The notes beneath the pieces are model-generated. The model saw only the letters and a list, made by a program, of their open reading frames with translations. It made no database searches and was not told where the DNA came from. Shown in pieces: positions 49,462-58,851 of a stretch of DNA of 64,000 nt. The translations under genes and the position numbers were made by a program. The stretch comes from Oscillospiraceae bacterium (GTDB taxonomy: Bacteria > Bacillota > Clostridia > Oscillospirales > Oscillospiraceae). Every line of letters begins with the position of its first letter. The stretch's first letter is position 1. The stretch lies in assembly GCA_031262405.1 (NCBI GenBank), contig JAISHS010000033.1, positions 10,863 through 74,862 on the forward strand, in the 5' to 3' direction.

Positions 49462-50157
49462 TCAGAGTTCCTCGTCCAGCTCGAACTTATAGCCCACTCC
49501 CCAGACAGTTTTCAGCATCCACTGATTCGAGACCCCCTCGAGCTTCTCACGCAGGCGCTTGATGTGCACGTCTACCGTGCGCGAGTCGCCGAAATAGTCA
49601 AAGCCCCAGACCTCGTCGAGCAGCTGATTGCGCGTATAGACGCGGTTCGGCGTCGCGGCGAGGTGATAGAGCAGCTCCATCTCTTTAGGCGGCGTGTCGA
49701 CTTTTTTCCCGTCGACAATCAACTCATAGGAATCGAGATTTATAACAAGCCTGTCGAAGGTGAGCTTCTTCTCGACAACTACGGCCTCCTCCGGCTCATA
49801 GCGGCGCATGACGGCGTGAATCCGGGCAATCAGCTCCTTGATCTCAAAGGGCTTGACGACATAGTCGTCCGCGCCCATCTCAAGCCCCGTCACCTTGTCG
49901 AAGGTTTCGCCCTTCGCGGTGAGCATGATTATCGGCACCTTGGAGGTCTCGCGAATCTTCCGGCAGACCTGCCAGCCGTCAAGCACTGGCAGCATAATGT
50001 CGAGCAGTATGATATCCGGTTCCTCATCCAGCGCCCTTTGAACGCCTAAGCCGCCGTCAGCGGCGGAAATGGTCTCAAAGCCGTCCTTCTCCAGATACAG
50101 CCTCAAAAGCTGGGCAATGTTGCTGTCGTCCTCAATTATCAGCGCTTTCTTCGCCAT
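49462..50157 (-). CDS. OmpR-family response regulator
   Basis: MAKKALIIEDD, DIILLDIMLP and a winged-helix C-terminus. The 19-codon upstream extension (MNIYYLISNIYYL...) is reverse read-through of a heptamer array. Confidence 0.9.
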   Translation of the reverse strand: MAKKALIIEDDSNIAQLLRLYLEKDGFETISAADGGLGVQRALDEEPDIILLDIMLPVLDGWQVCRKIRETSKVPIIMLTAKGETFDKVTGLEMGADDYVVKPFEIKELIARIHAVMRRYEPEEAVVVEKKLTFDRLVINLDSYELIVDGKKVDTPPKEMELLYHLAATPNRVYTRNQLLDEVWGFDYFGDSRTVDVHIKRLREKLEGVSNQWMLKTVWGVGYKFELDEEL

Positions 50158-50176
50158 AAAAACACCCCCGTAGAAC

Positions 50177-50211
50177 AGATAATAGATATTAGATATTAGA
50201 TAATAGATATT
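50177..50211 (+). repeat. Heptamer array agataat agatatt agatatt agataat agatatt
   Basis: Read directly. Confidence 0.9.
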
Positions 50212-50222
50212 CAAACAAAAAC

Positions 50223-50251
50223 GTATAATGGATTGCGTGAATCCATTATAC
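50223..50251 (-). terminator. Terminator of the lipoprotein operon
   Basis: 12-bp stem gtataatggatt / aatccattatac followed on the minus strand by gtttttgtttg. Confidence 0.65.
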
Positions 50252-50282
50252 CCTATGTTCTGACATATAAGTTAATAATCTG

Positions 50283-51341
50283 TTAATCTGTCCTAAACTC
50301 CCGTGTCCCGTCCACCGTCTCCAGCTCTATGAGGTGCTCGCCTATGAAGCTGAAATTGTCAACGTCGCGGAAGGAGCTGAATCTTTCATCGTCGCAGATA
50401 ATCTGAACGTAGGAGGCGTCGTAACAGTTTTCGAAGTTCACAACCCCCGACTCGCGGCGCTCGGCGTCCGTCATGCCGAAGTAGCGCAGTCCGGCGAAGC
50501 CGAAGGTTGAGTCCCAGGTCGGATCGCAGTGGTAGTATTCCCCGTCAATGCGCACGACGAGCCACATATGGGTCTCATCCTTTTCCGTCATCTCACCGAT
50601 GAAGCGCAGGCACTCAATCCCGAGCTGCTGAAGGGCAAATTCGCACAAATAGGTGTAGCTGTGGCAGACGCCGAGATTCGTGGACAGCGCCTCATAAATC
50701 TCAATGTCGGGGATCCAACCTTCTTCTGCGGCATATAAGGCGTCCAGCCAGTTGTAGTTATAGCTGATGCGCAGGGCGAAATAGCGATACACCGCCAGAA
50801 CCTTATCCAGCTCGTTCATGCCCGGCTCTATAATCTCGTTGAGGAGCGTGAGGTATTCGTCCTCTATGAATTGTTTCATCCGCTCCTGCTCCGCCTCGTC
50901 ATAGGCATAGGTGAAACGGATTGTGCCGGGATACTCCAAAAACTCCATTACCTCCACCAAGAAATAGAGCGGGTTATTCTGCATGGCGCCGTAGCTTTCC
51001 AGGTTCGTGTCCAAATCGTCCGACAGCTGTACAAATTCTTCGCGGGCAAGCACCGCGTCTAAGAGCTTGTGATAGCCCTCGACGGCCTCCTCGGAGATAT
51101 AGCTCTTGACGTCGGCTTTAATTACACGGAAGTCTATCTCCGTAAAAAGTATCGGCTTCGGAGTAGCAGTAGGAGTCGGCTCCGGCGTAACGGCGAGCGC
51201 TGGGGTACTCTCCGGCAAAACGGGCGCAGAAGAGACGCCCGGCGAGCCGAGCGTCTCTTGCGTGTTTTGAATATTCGCGGGAGAACAGGCTGAAAGCAGT
51301 ACAGCGCAGAGAATAATAAACGATAGTACCTTTTTCAGCAT
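50283..51341 (-). CDS. Transglutaminase-like (Cys-His-Asp) lipoprotein
   Basis: Lipobox LLSAC. The putative catalytic triad context is LGVCHSYTYL, THMWLVV and HCDPTWD. Confidence 0.6.
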   Translation of the reverse strand: MLKKVLSFIILCAVLLSACSPANIQNTQETLGSPGVSSAPVLPESTPALAVTPEPTPTATPKPILFTEIDFRVIKADVKSYISEEAVEGYHKLLDAVLAREEFVQLSDDLDTNLESYGAMQNNPLYFLVEVMEFLEYPGTIRFTYAYDEAEQERMKQFIEDEYLTLLNEIIEPGMNELDKVLAVYRYFALRISYNYNWLDALYAAEEGWIPDIEIYEALSTNLGVCHSYTYLCEFALQQLGIECLRFIGEMTEKDETHMWLVVRIDGEYYHCDPTWDSTFGFAGLRYFGMTDAERRESGVVNFENCYDASYVQIICDDERFSSFRDVDNFSFIGEHLIELETVDGTREFRTD

Positions 51342-51369
51342 AGTTTCTCCTCTAAAAAATCGCTGTGCT

Positions 51370-51404
51370 ATTATCTGTCCTCTGTCCTCTCGCCTCTGTC
51401 CTCT
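51370..51404 (-). repeat. Heptamer array (minus strand: agaggac agaggcg agaggac agaggac agataat) between two lipoprotein cistrons
   Basis: Read directly. It is near-identical to part of 47680-47714. Confidence 0.9.
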
Positions 51405-51408
51405 GGTT

Positions 51409-52398
51409 TTACCAAGCTCCGAAGTCCATATTATTCAATATGTTGCTTGCGACAAAGTAGAACTGCTCCTGCATATTCTCCACGGTTATGCAGGTCGCGG
51501 ACAGGACATAGCCCGTAGGTCCCGCATAGCGCAGCTCCGTAACGGCGTAATACTCGCCGGGCTCTGCGTCCTTGAACGCGTCTTGGTTCACGATGTAGGT
51601 GACAACGTAGGCGTAATAACCTTCAGCATCCACAAAGTCTGTGGCTATCTCGGAGACATAGCTGCCGTTTGCGTAGAGCTGATCCCTGATTAGGCTCCAG
51701 ACATAGGCATACTCCTCTTCGTTACCCGTGCTGAGCCGCGCGTCAAAGCTGCTGTCAATGCCGGTGAGGTCGATGGCGAGGCTATTCACGCCGACTTCCT
51801 CATTGCGCGCCTCCAACTGGACGCGGTTTATCTGGTCATCGGCCTTGTCGGCCACGCGCATGGTGGAGGGATAGGGCACGGTTACGACAAATTCGCCGGT
51901 GTCGACATTAAACAGATCCGCCGATTTGTCGAGCGGGTCGGCGTCGCTGGGAATCGGTATAGGCTCAGTATCCGGCTCGGGCGGCTCAGTCTCCGCAACA
52001 GTATAGCCCTCGACGTAATAATCTTTACTTGCGCCATCCTCCAAGGTGACGGTGAGCATCAGATCGTCAGACCAATAGACGTCAATTTCGGCGTTCGCAC
52101 CGAGTGCTAGGTTTTGAAAGTCATACTCATTGTCATACTCATCCGTTATGAGCAGGTCGTAGGAATTAAACTCAAGGGTCGGCAGAGACGCCTTGAAGGA
52201 GTCGCCTGCCATCAGGACGTCTTCACCCAGCAGATCCTCGCCCATGTCGCTCGTGCCGGAGATATAAAGCGTGAAGATATCGAAGCCGCTGCTGTTAATG
52301 ACGCTTACGTCAATACCCTTGTTCCCGCCGCAGGCCGTGAGCGTGAATGCCAGCGCCAGAGCCGACAGCAGGGCTAAAACTCTGTATCTGCTTCTCAT
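51409..52398 (-). CDS. Uncharacterised lipoprotein (paralogue A)
   Basis: Lipobox LTACGG. The N-terminal ~100-aa module is homologous to the upstream gene. The start ATG at 52398 has GGGGG 5 nt upstream. Confidence 0.6.
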   Translation of the reverse strand: MRSRYRVLALLSALALAFTLTACGGNKGIDVSVINSSGFDIFTLYISGTSDMGEDLLGEDVLMAGDSFKASLPTLEFNSYDLLITDEYDNEYDFQNLALGANAEIDVYWSDDLMLTVTLEDGASKDYYVEGYTVAETEPPEPDTEPIPIPSDADPLDKSADLFNVDTGEFVVTVPYPSTMRVADKADDQINRVQLEARNEEVGVNSLAIDLTGIDSSFDARLSTGNEEEYAYVWSLIRDQLYANGSYVSEIATDFVDAEGYYAYVVTYIVNQDAFKDAEPGEYYAVTELRYAGPTGYVLSATCITVENMQEQFYFVASNILNNMDFGAW

Positions 52399-52409
52399 GC
52401 GCGCCCCCG

Positions 52410-53222
52410 TCAACGATAGTTAAACTCGCAGTAATAACCCTGCGCGTCGCCGTCCCAATAGATATCGACATAGTCCAGATCATAGGTCGTGAACCACTGA
52501 CTCTCAATGCTGGTATCGCCCACGGAGTCCTGAATATACATATACCAAGCGGTGGTGCCTTCATACTCGGTGCCCGCTAAGTTCGCGTCAACAACGTAGG
52601 ATTCGCCGGCGGCAAGCACGCCCTTTTCGGCGAGAATATCGGTCTCCGGCGCATCAATGTTCTCCGGAGTTATGTTTATAAAGTGAATTTCATAGTCCGT
52701 CTCATTATACACCGTGAAATACATGGGATTATAGTCAATTCCGTCGCCCGAATCCGTCTGCTCGCCGCCGTCGTCGCCGCCGCTGTCAGCCACAGAGCCG
52801 GAATCTTCGCTGTCGGGGTTCATCACACCCTCAAACTCGGCTGAGGAGCCGTCCTTAGCGGTAACTGTCGCGACAAGGCCGTTGTCCCAGCTGATGGCAA
52901 TCTCGGAGCCGTCGCCAAGGCTCACTCTGGAGAACTGATACACGTCATCGTCCTCGTCCACAATGCGGACGTCATATGTATCAAACTCATATTTCATTAC
53001 CTTAATATCGAAGGAACCGCCGTCTTTAAGTATGGTGGTGCTGCCGAAGAGGTCGTCGCCGAAGTCATTCTGCGCCGTCGGCGTAACATAGAGCTGTTCG
53101 AAGGTATAGCCCGAGGAATTGGTAACTCTCACGTCCAAGCTGTCGGATTTTCCGCCGCCGCAGCCTGCCAGCATACTGAAAGCAAGTATAAGCACCAGAA
53201 GGATAGATAGCGTCTTTTTCAT
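52410..53222 (-). CDS. Uncharacterised lipoprotein (paralogue B, two copies of the module)
   Basis: Lipobox LAGCGG. The module VRVTNSSGYTFEQLYV...YDVRIVDEDDDVYQF is repeated in diverged form in the C-terminal half. Confidence 0.6.
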   Translation of the reverse strand: MKKTLSILLVLILAFSMLAGCGGGKSDSLDVRVTNSSGYTFEQLYVTPTAQNDFGDDLFGSTTILKDGGSFDIKVMKYEFDTYDVRIVDEDDDVYQFSRVSLGDGSEIAISWDNGLVATVTAKDGSSAEFEGVMNPDSEDSGSVADSGGDDGGEQTDSGDGIDYNPMYFTVYNETDYEIHFINITPENIDAPETDILAEKGVLAAGESYVVDANLAGTEYEGTTAWYMYIQDSVGDTSIESQWFTTYDLDYVDIYWDGDAQGYYCEFNYR

Positions 53223-53291
53223 TGTAGTCTCCCCTTAAAATAAATTTCGCCGACTACATTTTAGCATACAATTAGTAGATATCCGCGAACC

Positions 53292-53344
53292 TTAACAAAA
53301 AATCAGAATAGAGTACAACAGCCTTTAGCTGTGGTACTCTATTC
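53292..53344 (-). terminator. Terminator after the ABC-transporter operon
   Basis: 11-bp stem gaatagagtac / gtactctattc enclosing the stop codon, followed by tgattttttg on the minus strand. Confidence 0.55.
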
Positions 53345-54128
53345 CTGCCAAATCGGTGACAATTGCGTCGACTTCGCCCGCGTCGAGGGCGGTGAAGCAG
53401 TCGTCCACGCCGCCGGGGAGCACTACTATATAATCCGGTGCAGAGGTTATGGAGGAGTCGGAGCTCAGAGCGAAATAGAAGAGCCCGCTCTCGCTGACGG
53501 CGAGAGTCTTGCCGCCGAGGGTATTTTTTCCGGAAATTCCGGAGCCGAGCAGCGTTGCGACGACGAGGGTGTTATTCATATAGACCGGGGAGAAGCTAAG
53601 CTCCGGCGGCGGGCTTTCCGGCAGGGCGAGGGCGCCCCAGACGCAGTCTACATTGCCGCTCTTTAGCTCGACGAGCGCATTTGAGACGTCGACGGCGATG
53701 AAGCGCGCAGTCCAGCCGAGCTCCTGACAGACGGCTCGGGCAAGCTCGACGTCGAAGCCCGTGGGCAGAGCGTCCTCCACGCCCGAGAAGGGCAGGTGCG
53801 CGGCGTCGTACCCGACGATGAAGACGCGTGCGGAGGCCTCCCTATCCCAATCGTCAAGAGCGCCTTCATCTCCGCGCAGGCGGGACAAATCATCGTCGAA
53901 CCAGTCGCGAGACAGGCGCGAAACGTCGCCCCGATCCTCAAGGACTGCCAGAGCGTTCGTGACGGCGTCGCAGGCGGTGTCCCCGGCGCGAAAGGCGATA
54001 GCCAGCTTTTGCTCAGAAAGCCTTGCGACGACGTGATATTTAGAGGTGTTCCCTGTGCGGCAGCCGCTTAAAGCCGGCAGCAACGACAGACAGAGCACGC
54101 AAATTACAGCGCGGAATTGTTTTTTCAC
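53325..54128 (-). CDS. Substrate-binding-protein-like lipoprotein (SBP_bac_3-like)
   Basis: Lipobox LSGC and a periplasmic-binding-protein type 2 pattern. The GTG start at 54128 has gagg 8 nt upstream. Confidence 0.55.
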   Translation of the reverse strand: MKKQFRAVICVLCLSLLPALSGCRTGNTSKYHVVARLSEQKLAIAFRAGDTACDAVTNALAVLEDRGDVSRLSRDWFDDDLSRLRGDEGALDDWDREASARVFIVGYDAAHLPFSGVEDALPTGFDVELARAVCQELGWTARFIAVDVSNALVELKSGNVDCVWGALALPESPPPELSFSPVYMNNTLVVATLLGSGISGKNTLGGKTLAVSESGLFYFALSSDSSITSAPDYIVVLPGGVDDCFTALDAGEVDAIVTDLAGIEYHS

Positions 54129-54138
54129 TGATGAAACC

Positions 54139-54921
54139 TCATCCAGAATAGCGCGCGAGAAACTGCCTTGTGCGCTCCTCACGCGGGTTGCCGAAGACCT
54201 GTTCGGGGGCGCCCTGCTCGACGATCACGCCGTCGTCCATGAAGATTACGCGGTCGGAGACCTCGCGCGCGAACTGCATCTCGTGGGTGACGATTATCAT
54301 CGTGGTGCGTTTCTCCGCGAGAGAAGAGATGACCTTGAGAACCTCTCCGGTGAGCTCCGGGTCAAGGGCGCTCGTCGGCTCGTCGAAGCAGAGAATGTCG
54401 GGAGAAAGCGCGAGCGCGCGGGCTATTGCGACGCGCTGCTGCTGGCCGCCGGAGAGCTGGTGGGGATAGAAATCCAGCTTGTCCGTCAGCCCCATCTGGG
54501 CGAGAATGTCGCGGGCATTGAGTTCAAGCTCCTTGAAAATCGCAGCCCGATTGCCCTTATAATCCTCACGCTCCTTCGCCAGTAGCTGGGGGGCGAGGGT
54601 GACGTTTTGCAGGGTCGTGTACTGCGGAAAGAGATTGAAGTTCTGGAACACCAGACCAAAATACAGGCGGTTGTGGCGAATTTCGTCGCTCTTGAGCGAG
54701 AGGCGCTCTGAAGCGTCAAAAATCGTCTTTCCGTTTACTGAAATTGTGCCCTGATCGGGGCTCTCTAAAAAGTTGAGACAGCGCAGCAGCGTTGTCTTTC
54801 CGCTGCCGGAGGAGCCGATTATGGCGAGAGCCTCGCCGCGCTCGAGATCAAAATCTATGCCCTTCAGAACCCGGAGGGAGCCGAAATTCTTTTGGATGCC
54901 CTTGACTTCCAAGACTTTCAT
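54139..54921 (-). CDS. Amino-acid ABC transporter ATP-binding protein (GlnQ-like)
   Basis: Walker A is GSSGSGKTT, the signature is [12 protein letters not shown] and the Walker B is [12 protein letters not shown]. Confidence 0.9.
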   Translation of the reverse strand: MKVLEVKGIQKNFGSLRVLKGIDFDLERGEALAIIGSSGSGKTTLLRCLNFLESPDQGTISVNGKTIFDASERLSLKSDEIRHNRLYFGLVFQNFNLFPQYTTLQNVTLAPQLLAKEREDYKGNRAAIFKELELNARDILAQMGLTDKLDFYPHQLSGGQQQRVAIARALALSPDILCFDEPTSALDPELTGEVLKVISSLAEKRTTMIIVTHEMQFAREVSDRVIFMDDGVIVEQGAPEQVFGNPREERTRQFLARYSG

Positions 54922-54934
54922 AGTATATTCCTCC

Positions 54935-55690
54935 TTATCTGAAGTAGCTCAAACGCCGCTCCGACCAGTTCAGAGCAAGCGTTAGAATACCGACGAAAAC
55001 AAGGAAGAACAGCGCCGTTGAAAACAACGGCCAGATGAGTCCCTTCGCGCTGTATTCCTGAGCCATCATGATGATTTCCTTGTTGGCGATGATACGAGCC
55101 AGCGAGGTGTCTTTAATGAGGGTTATTATCTCGTTGCCCATGGGCGGCACTATGCGCTTTACCACCTGCAAGAGAGTTACCTTGAAAAATATCTGCGAGC
55201 GAGTCATGCCTAGAACCTGTCCGGCCTCGTTCTGACCGCCGTGAATGCTCTCAATACCGCCGCGATATATCTCGGAAAAATAGCAGGCATAATTTATAAT
55301 AAAGGCGATGCCCGTGGCAAGAAGGCGGCCGCTCCCCCAGGGAGAGGGAAGACCCTTGCTCACGGCGATTATTGACGGAACATAGAAAATAATGACCACC
55401 TGGAGCATAAGCGGTGTGCCGCGGACTATCCAGACGATTATTTTCGTCAGCCAGCTTATCGGACGCCATTTTGCGATGGCTCCGACGAGAATACTGATAA
55501 TTTTTTTCCAGCGTTTACCGTCGGGTCTTTTTAGCTTGCCCGGCAACCACTCGAACGGCTGCCATTTGCTCATGGAGCCGAAGGCTATGACGAGTCCCAA
55601 GGGCAATCCGAAAAGCAGAGTCATGCCAAACAACTCAATGTTGATGACAAAGCTCTCTGTCAATCGCTGAAAAATAACGGCAATGTCCAT
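54935..55690 (-). CDS. Amino-acid ABC transporter permease (His/Glu/Gln/Arg/opine family)
   Basis: The EAA-like loop is [23 protein letters not shown] ~30-aa basic insert follows TM1. Confidence 0.8.
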   Translation of the reverse strand: MDIAVIFQRLTESFVINIELFGMTLLFGLPLGLVIAFGSMSKWQPFEWLPGKLKRPDGKRWKKIISILVGAIAKWRPISWLTKIIVWIVRGTPLMLQVVIIFYVPSIIAVSKGLPSPWGSGRLLATGIAFIINYACYFSEIYRGGIESIHGGQNEAGQVLGMTRSQIFFKVTLLQVVKRIVPPMGNEIITLIKDTSLARIIANKEIIMMAQEYSAKGLIWPLFSTALFFLVFVGILTLALNWSERRLSYFR

Positions 55691-55723
55691 TTATCCCACA
55701 ACCCTCTGTATACCAGAATACAA

Positions 55724-55755
55724 ATAAGGCGAGAGGGGAGAGCCTCCCGCCTTAT
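55724..55755 (-). terminator. Intra-operon hairpin after the binding-protein gene (possible partial terminator or stabiliser)
   Basis: 13-bp stem with one mismatch, ataaggcgagagg / cctcccgccttat. Confidence 0.4.
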
Positions 55756-55774
55756 GCCGCGTTTTTTAAAAGAG

Positions 55775-56632
55775 TCAGCCGGCAATTGCCGGAGCAAGCG
55801 AGAGACCGTATTTCTCGGCGAGCGCGGGCAGAGTGCCGTCGGCAACAAGCTGCGCAATAATCTCGTTTACCTTCGCCGTGACGTCGCTGCCCTGACGGAA
55901 AGCGATTCCATATTCCTCGGTTGCAAGCTCAAGATCCATGATCATCACGAGGTCAGAATAGTCGGTGCCTTCGCCGATCATGCTCTTTGCAAGAGTCCAG
56001 TCGAGAACGGCGGCGTCGGCGGTTCCCGCCTTGACCTCAAGCAGGCAGTCGGTCTGCTTTGCCATGGAGATATAGGTTGCCTGGGCAAGATTTGCCTCGG
56101 GCTCGGTTTCGTCGTCGCCGATTATCTGAAGCTCACCGGCGGAGGCGACCTCCGCGACGACGGTCTTGCCGACGAGATCAGCCGTAGATGTGATGCCGCT
56201 GTCGGCGTGGACAACTATTACCTGAGCGTTCTTGACATAGGGATCGCTTATGCTCATCGCTGCCTTACGGTCGGCGTTGATCGTCAAACCGTTCCAGATG
56301 CAGTCGATGGTCTTCGCGGCAAGCTCAGTCTCCTTGGTGTCCCAGATGATCTCGACGAAGTCCGGCTCTACGCCGAGCTTTTCGCAGACGGCCTCGGCAA
56401 ACTCGGTGTCAAAGCCGGTGAATTTGCCGTCGGCGTCGGTATAGTTCATGGGCTCATAGACCGTGTAGCCGATAATCATTTTGCCGTTGCCGGTTATGTA
56501 GGCAAGGTCGCTTTCGGGTTCCGGAGCGGTGCTCGCGGGAGCGGCGGATTCCTTTGCGCCGCAGCCGGCAAAGAGTGATAGGCACATGACCAGTGCAAGA
56601 GTCAGTGCGATAATGCTTTTGGTTTTCTTCAT
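55775..56632 (-). CDS. Amino-acid ABC transporter substrate-binding lipoprotein
   Basis: Lipobox LFAGCG and an SBP_bac_3 pattern (DCIWNGLTI, YGIAFRQG). Confidence 0.85.
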   Translation of the reverse strand: MKKTKSIIALTLALVMCLSLFAGCGAKESAAPASTAPEPESDLAYITGNGKMIIGYTVYEPMNYTDADGKFTGFDTEFAEAVCEKLGVEPDFVEIIWDTKETELAAKTIDCIWNGLTINADRKAAMSISDPYVKNAQVIVVHADSGITSTADLVGKTVVAEVASAGELQIIGDDETEPEANLAQATYISMAKQTDCLLEVKAGTADAAVLDWTLAKSMIGEGTDYSDLVMIMDLELATEEYGIAFRQGSDVTAKVNEIIAQLVADGTLPALAEKYGLSLAPAIAG

Positions 56633-56727
56633 AAATTCGTTTCCTCCTGTAGTATCCGCAACTGCAAGACACAGTTACTTGTTGATTATACCACGTTACT
56701 GGGATAAAGCAACATTTTTTTCCGTTT

Positions 56728-56756
56728 TCGGGAAGTTGCTGTAATCGGGAAGTTGC
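56728..56756. promoter_or_regulatory. 12-bp direct repeat tcgggaagttgc x2 (5-nt spacer) in a divergent promoter region
   Basis: Read directly. It lies just upstream of the -35 of the minus-strand ABC promoter (TTGCTT-16-TATAAT). Confidence 0.4.
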
Positions 56757-56829
56757 CGAACAGAAAACTTTGTGCTAAAATTAAGAGTCTGCTGACACAA
56801 AATGAGAATGCAACAAGGGGATAGCTTAT

Positions 56830-58113
56830 ATGAAGCTGCGAAAATTCATAGACAAATACTTCAACCCCGCGCTGCCGCTTAATATACAGGCGTTTAATAT
56901 GCTGGCGATTGTGGGAATAGGCGTGGGACTGCTCACGGCTGTGGCGAATGTGATAACGAATTCCGGGGTGCTTCCGATCGTGATTTGCCTAATGTCAAGC
57001 GTTCTTGCGGTGGCGCTGATTGTTTTCACTCAGAAGACGGGGCGCTATTACGCGGCGTCGCGGGTAACGGTCGCGCTGCTCTTTTGCGTGGGGTTTCCGG
57101 TGACCTTCTTCACGGCGGGCGGCTATCACAGCGGTATGCCCAGCTTTTTTATCTTCGCCATCCTCTTCACGGCGATTCTCCTGCCGGACGGGGCGCGGGG
57201 TCTTTGGCTCGGCGTTGAGTTTGTTCTATATGGCGCGCTCTTTGCCGTCGCCTATAGCAGGCCGGAGCTTGTGACGCGCCTCCCCTCGGAGGCGGACACG
57301 ATTCTTGACATTATAATCTGCTTTGCCGTGGCGAGCATTGCGCTTTTGGCGGCGAATATGCTCAACATCCGCAGTTACAAGAACCAGCAGAGCCGTCTTG
57401 AGGCGAACAGTCAGATGAAAACTCAGTTTCTCGGCAATGTATCCCACGAGATTCGCGCGCCGCTCACGCTGATTCGCAGCTATGCTCAGGACACGGACAC
57501 GATTTTAAAGGGCTTTCCCGATCAGAGCGCGCCGGACCTAGTAATGCTGCGGGATAATATGCGCTGGCTGCTGCTGGCGCAGGAGCGGCTGCTGCGCATG
57601 ACGGAGCAGCTTCTGGACATTTCCGCCCTCGAGGAGGGCGGCTTCAAGCTCAGAATTCAAAACGTCTCGCTGCGCGATGTTACGCAAGATGTGGAGCTTT
57701 ATTTTTCCACCACGGTGCCGCAAAACGACAACACGCTGACCGTTGATATTCCGGAGGATTTTCCGGAAATACTGGCGGATTTTGAGCGGACGGTTCAGGT
57801 TTTTATCAATCTTCTTTCAAACGCAAACAGGCATACGAGGCAGGGGACGATAACAATTTCGGCGCGCAGAAGCGGCGCGACGGCTCTCGTTACGGTCTCG
57901 GACACGGGCACGGGCATAGCCCCCGAGACGATAGGCCACCTCTTCGAGAGGTATCCCAAGGATGAGCGGGTGGGTCTCGCCACGGGGATTGGACTGGGGC
58001 TGTATATCTGCAAGCAATATGTTGAGGCTCAGGGCGGACAGATCAGCATAGACAGCACCCCCGGAGCGGGGACCGCCGTCACATTCACGCTGCCGTTTGC
58101 GCAGGAGGGTTAA
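56830..58113 (+). CDS. Sensor histidine kinase with multi-TM N-terminal domain
   Basis: H-box VSHEIRAPLTLI and G-box GIGLGLYICK. Confidence 0.85.
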   Translation: MKLRKFIDKYFNPALPLNIQAFNMLAIVGIGVGLLTAVANVITNSGVLPIVICLMSSVLAVALIVFTQKTGRYYAASRVTVALLFCVGFPVTFFTAGGYHSGMPSFFIFAILFTAILLPDGARGLWLGVEFVLYGALFAVAYSRPELVTRLPSEADTILDIIICFAVASIALLAANMLNIRSYKNQQSRLEANSQMKTQFLGNVSHEIRAPLTLIRSYAQDTDTILKGFPDQSAPDLVMLRDNMRWLLLAQERLLRMTEQLLDISALEEGGFKLRIQNVSLRDVTQDVELYFSTTVPQNDNTLTVDIPEDFPEILADFERTVQVFINLLSNANRHTRQGTITISARRSGATALVTVSDTGTGIAPETIGHLFERYPKDERVGLATGIGLGLYICKQYVEAQGGQISIDSTPGAGTAVTFTLPFAQEG

Positions 58114-58119
58114 AACGAT

Positions 58120-58809
58120 ATGGGCCGATATACAATTTTGATGGTGGACGACGACGAGGGAGTTTTGAACATAAACGAGCGCACGCTCTCGCGCTTTTTA
58201 GGCGGCGAGCTGACCTTCATCACGGCGACGTCTCTCGGACGTGCCAGACAGCTTCTGGAGGCAAAGCCGCCGATTGACCTCGTGCTGCTTGATCTCATGC
58301 TGCCGGATGGGGACGGCAGGACGCTTGTGGAGGAGATACGCAGATACTGCGCCGCGCCGATTCTCATGCTGACGGGACGGCGGCGTCAGGAGGAGATCAC
58401 GCAGGGGCTGCTCTCCGGCGGCAACGACTATATTACAAAGCCCTATGACAACGACGAGCTGTGCGCCAGAGTGCGCGCTATGCTCTCGCTCGTGGAGCTT
58501 AGCCGCGGAGAGCTTCCCAAGCAGATTGTCTGCGGTCCGCTCAGATTTGATCTTGCCGCGCAGCGCGCGTTCATAGACGGCGCGGCGCTCAGCCTCACGC
58601 AGAAGGAATATGCGATTTTATATTACCTGACCATCCACCGCGGCAGAATTGTGCCGGTAAAGGAGCTGTATGAGGCGGTCTGGGAGCTGCCCTTTAACAG
58701 CAGCTATAACACCCTGCAGGCGATTATCTCAAAGCTCCGCCTAAAGCTGCGCGGCAGCTCCTGCAGCATTGACAGCTTTAGAAGAGAAGGATATCAGATA
58801 AGCTTATGA
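58120..58809 (+). CDS. OmpR-family response regulator
   Basis: ILMVDDDEG, DLVLLDLMLPDGDG and a winged-helix C-terminus. The last codons form the left arm of a 23-bp palindrome. Confidence 0.9.
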   Translation: MGRYTILMVDDDEGVLNINERTLSRFLGGELTFITATSLGRARQLLEAKPPIDLVLLDLMLPDGDGRTLVEEIRRYCAAPILMLTGRRRQEEITQGLLSGGNDYITKPYDNDELCARVRAMLSLVELSRGELPKQIVCGPLRFDLAAQRAFIDGAALSLTQKEYAILYYLTIHRGRIVPVKELYEAVWELPFNSSYNTLQAIISKLRLKLRGSSCSIDSFRREGYQISL

Positions 58810-58847
58810 GTAAGGAGCCGCGAGCGGCTCCTTACTCATAAGCTTAT
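58798..58847. repeat. Perfect 23-bp palindrome containing the response-regulator stop codon
   Basis: ataagcttatgagtaaggagccg cgag cggctccttactcataagcttat. Confidence 0.9.
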
Positions 58848-58851
58848 CTGA

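Noticed and set aside
50158-50214. N-terminal extension MNIYYLISNIYYLFYGGVF of the response regulator, with similar IYYL-rich ORFs at 60070-60267, 60108-60401 and 24496-24765.
   Set aside because: They arise from reverse-strand read-through of heptamer arrays, because (ATTATCT)n has no stops. The regulator has a canonical start, MAKKALIIEDD, at 50157.
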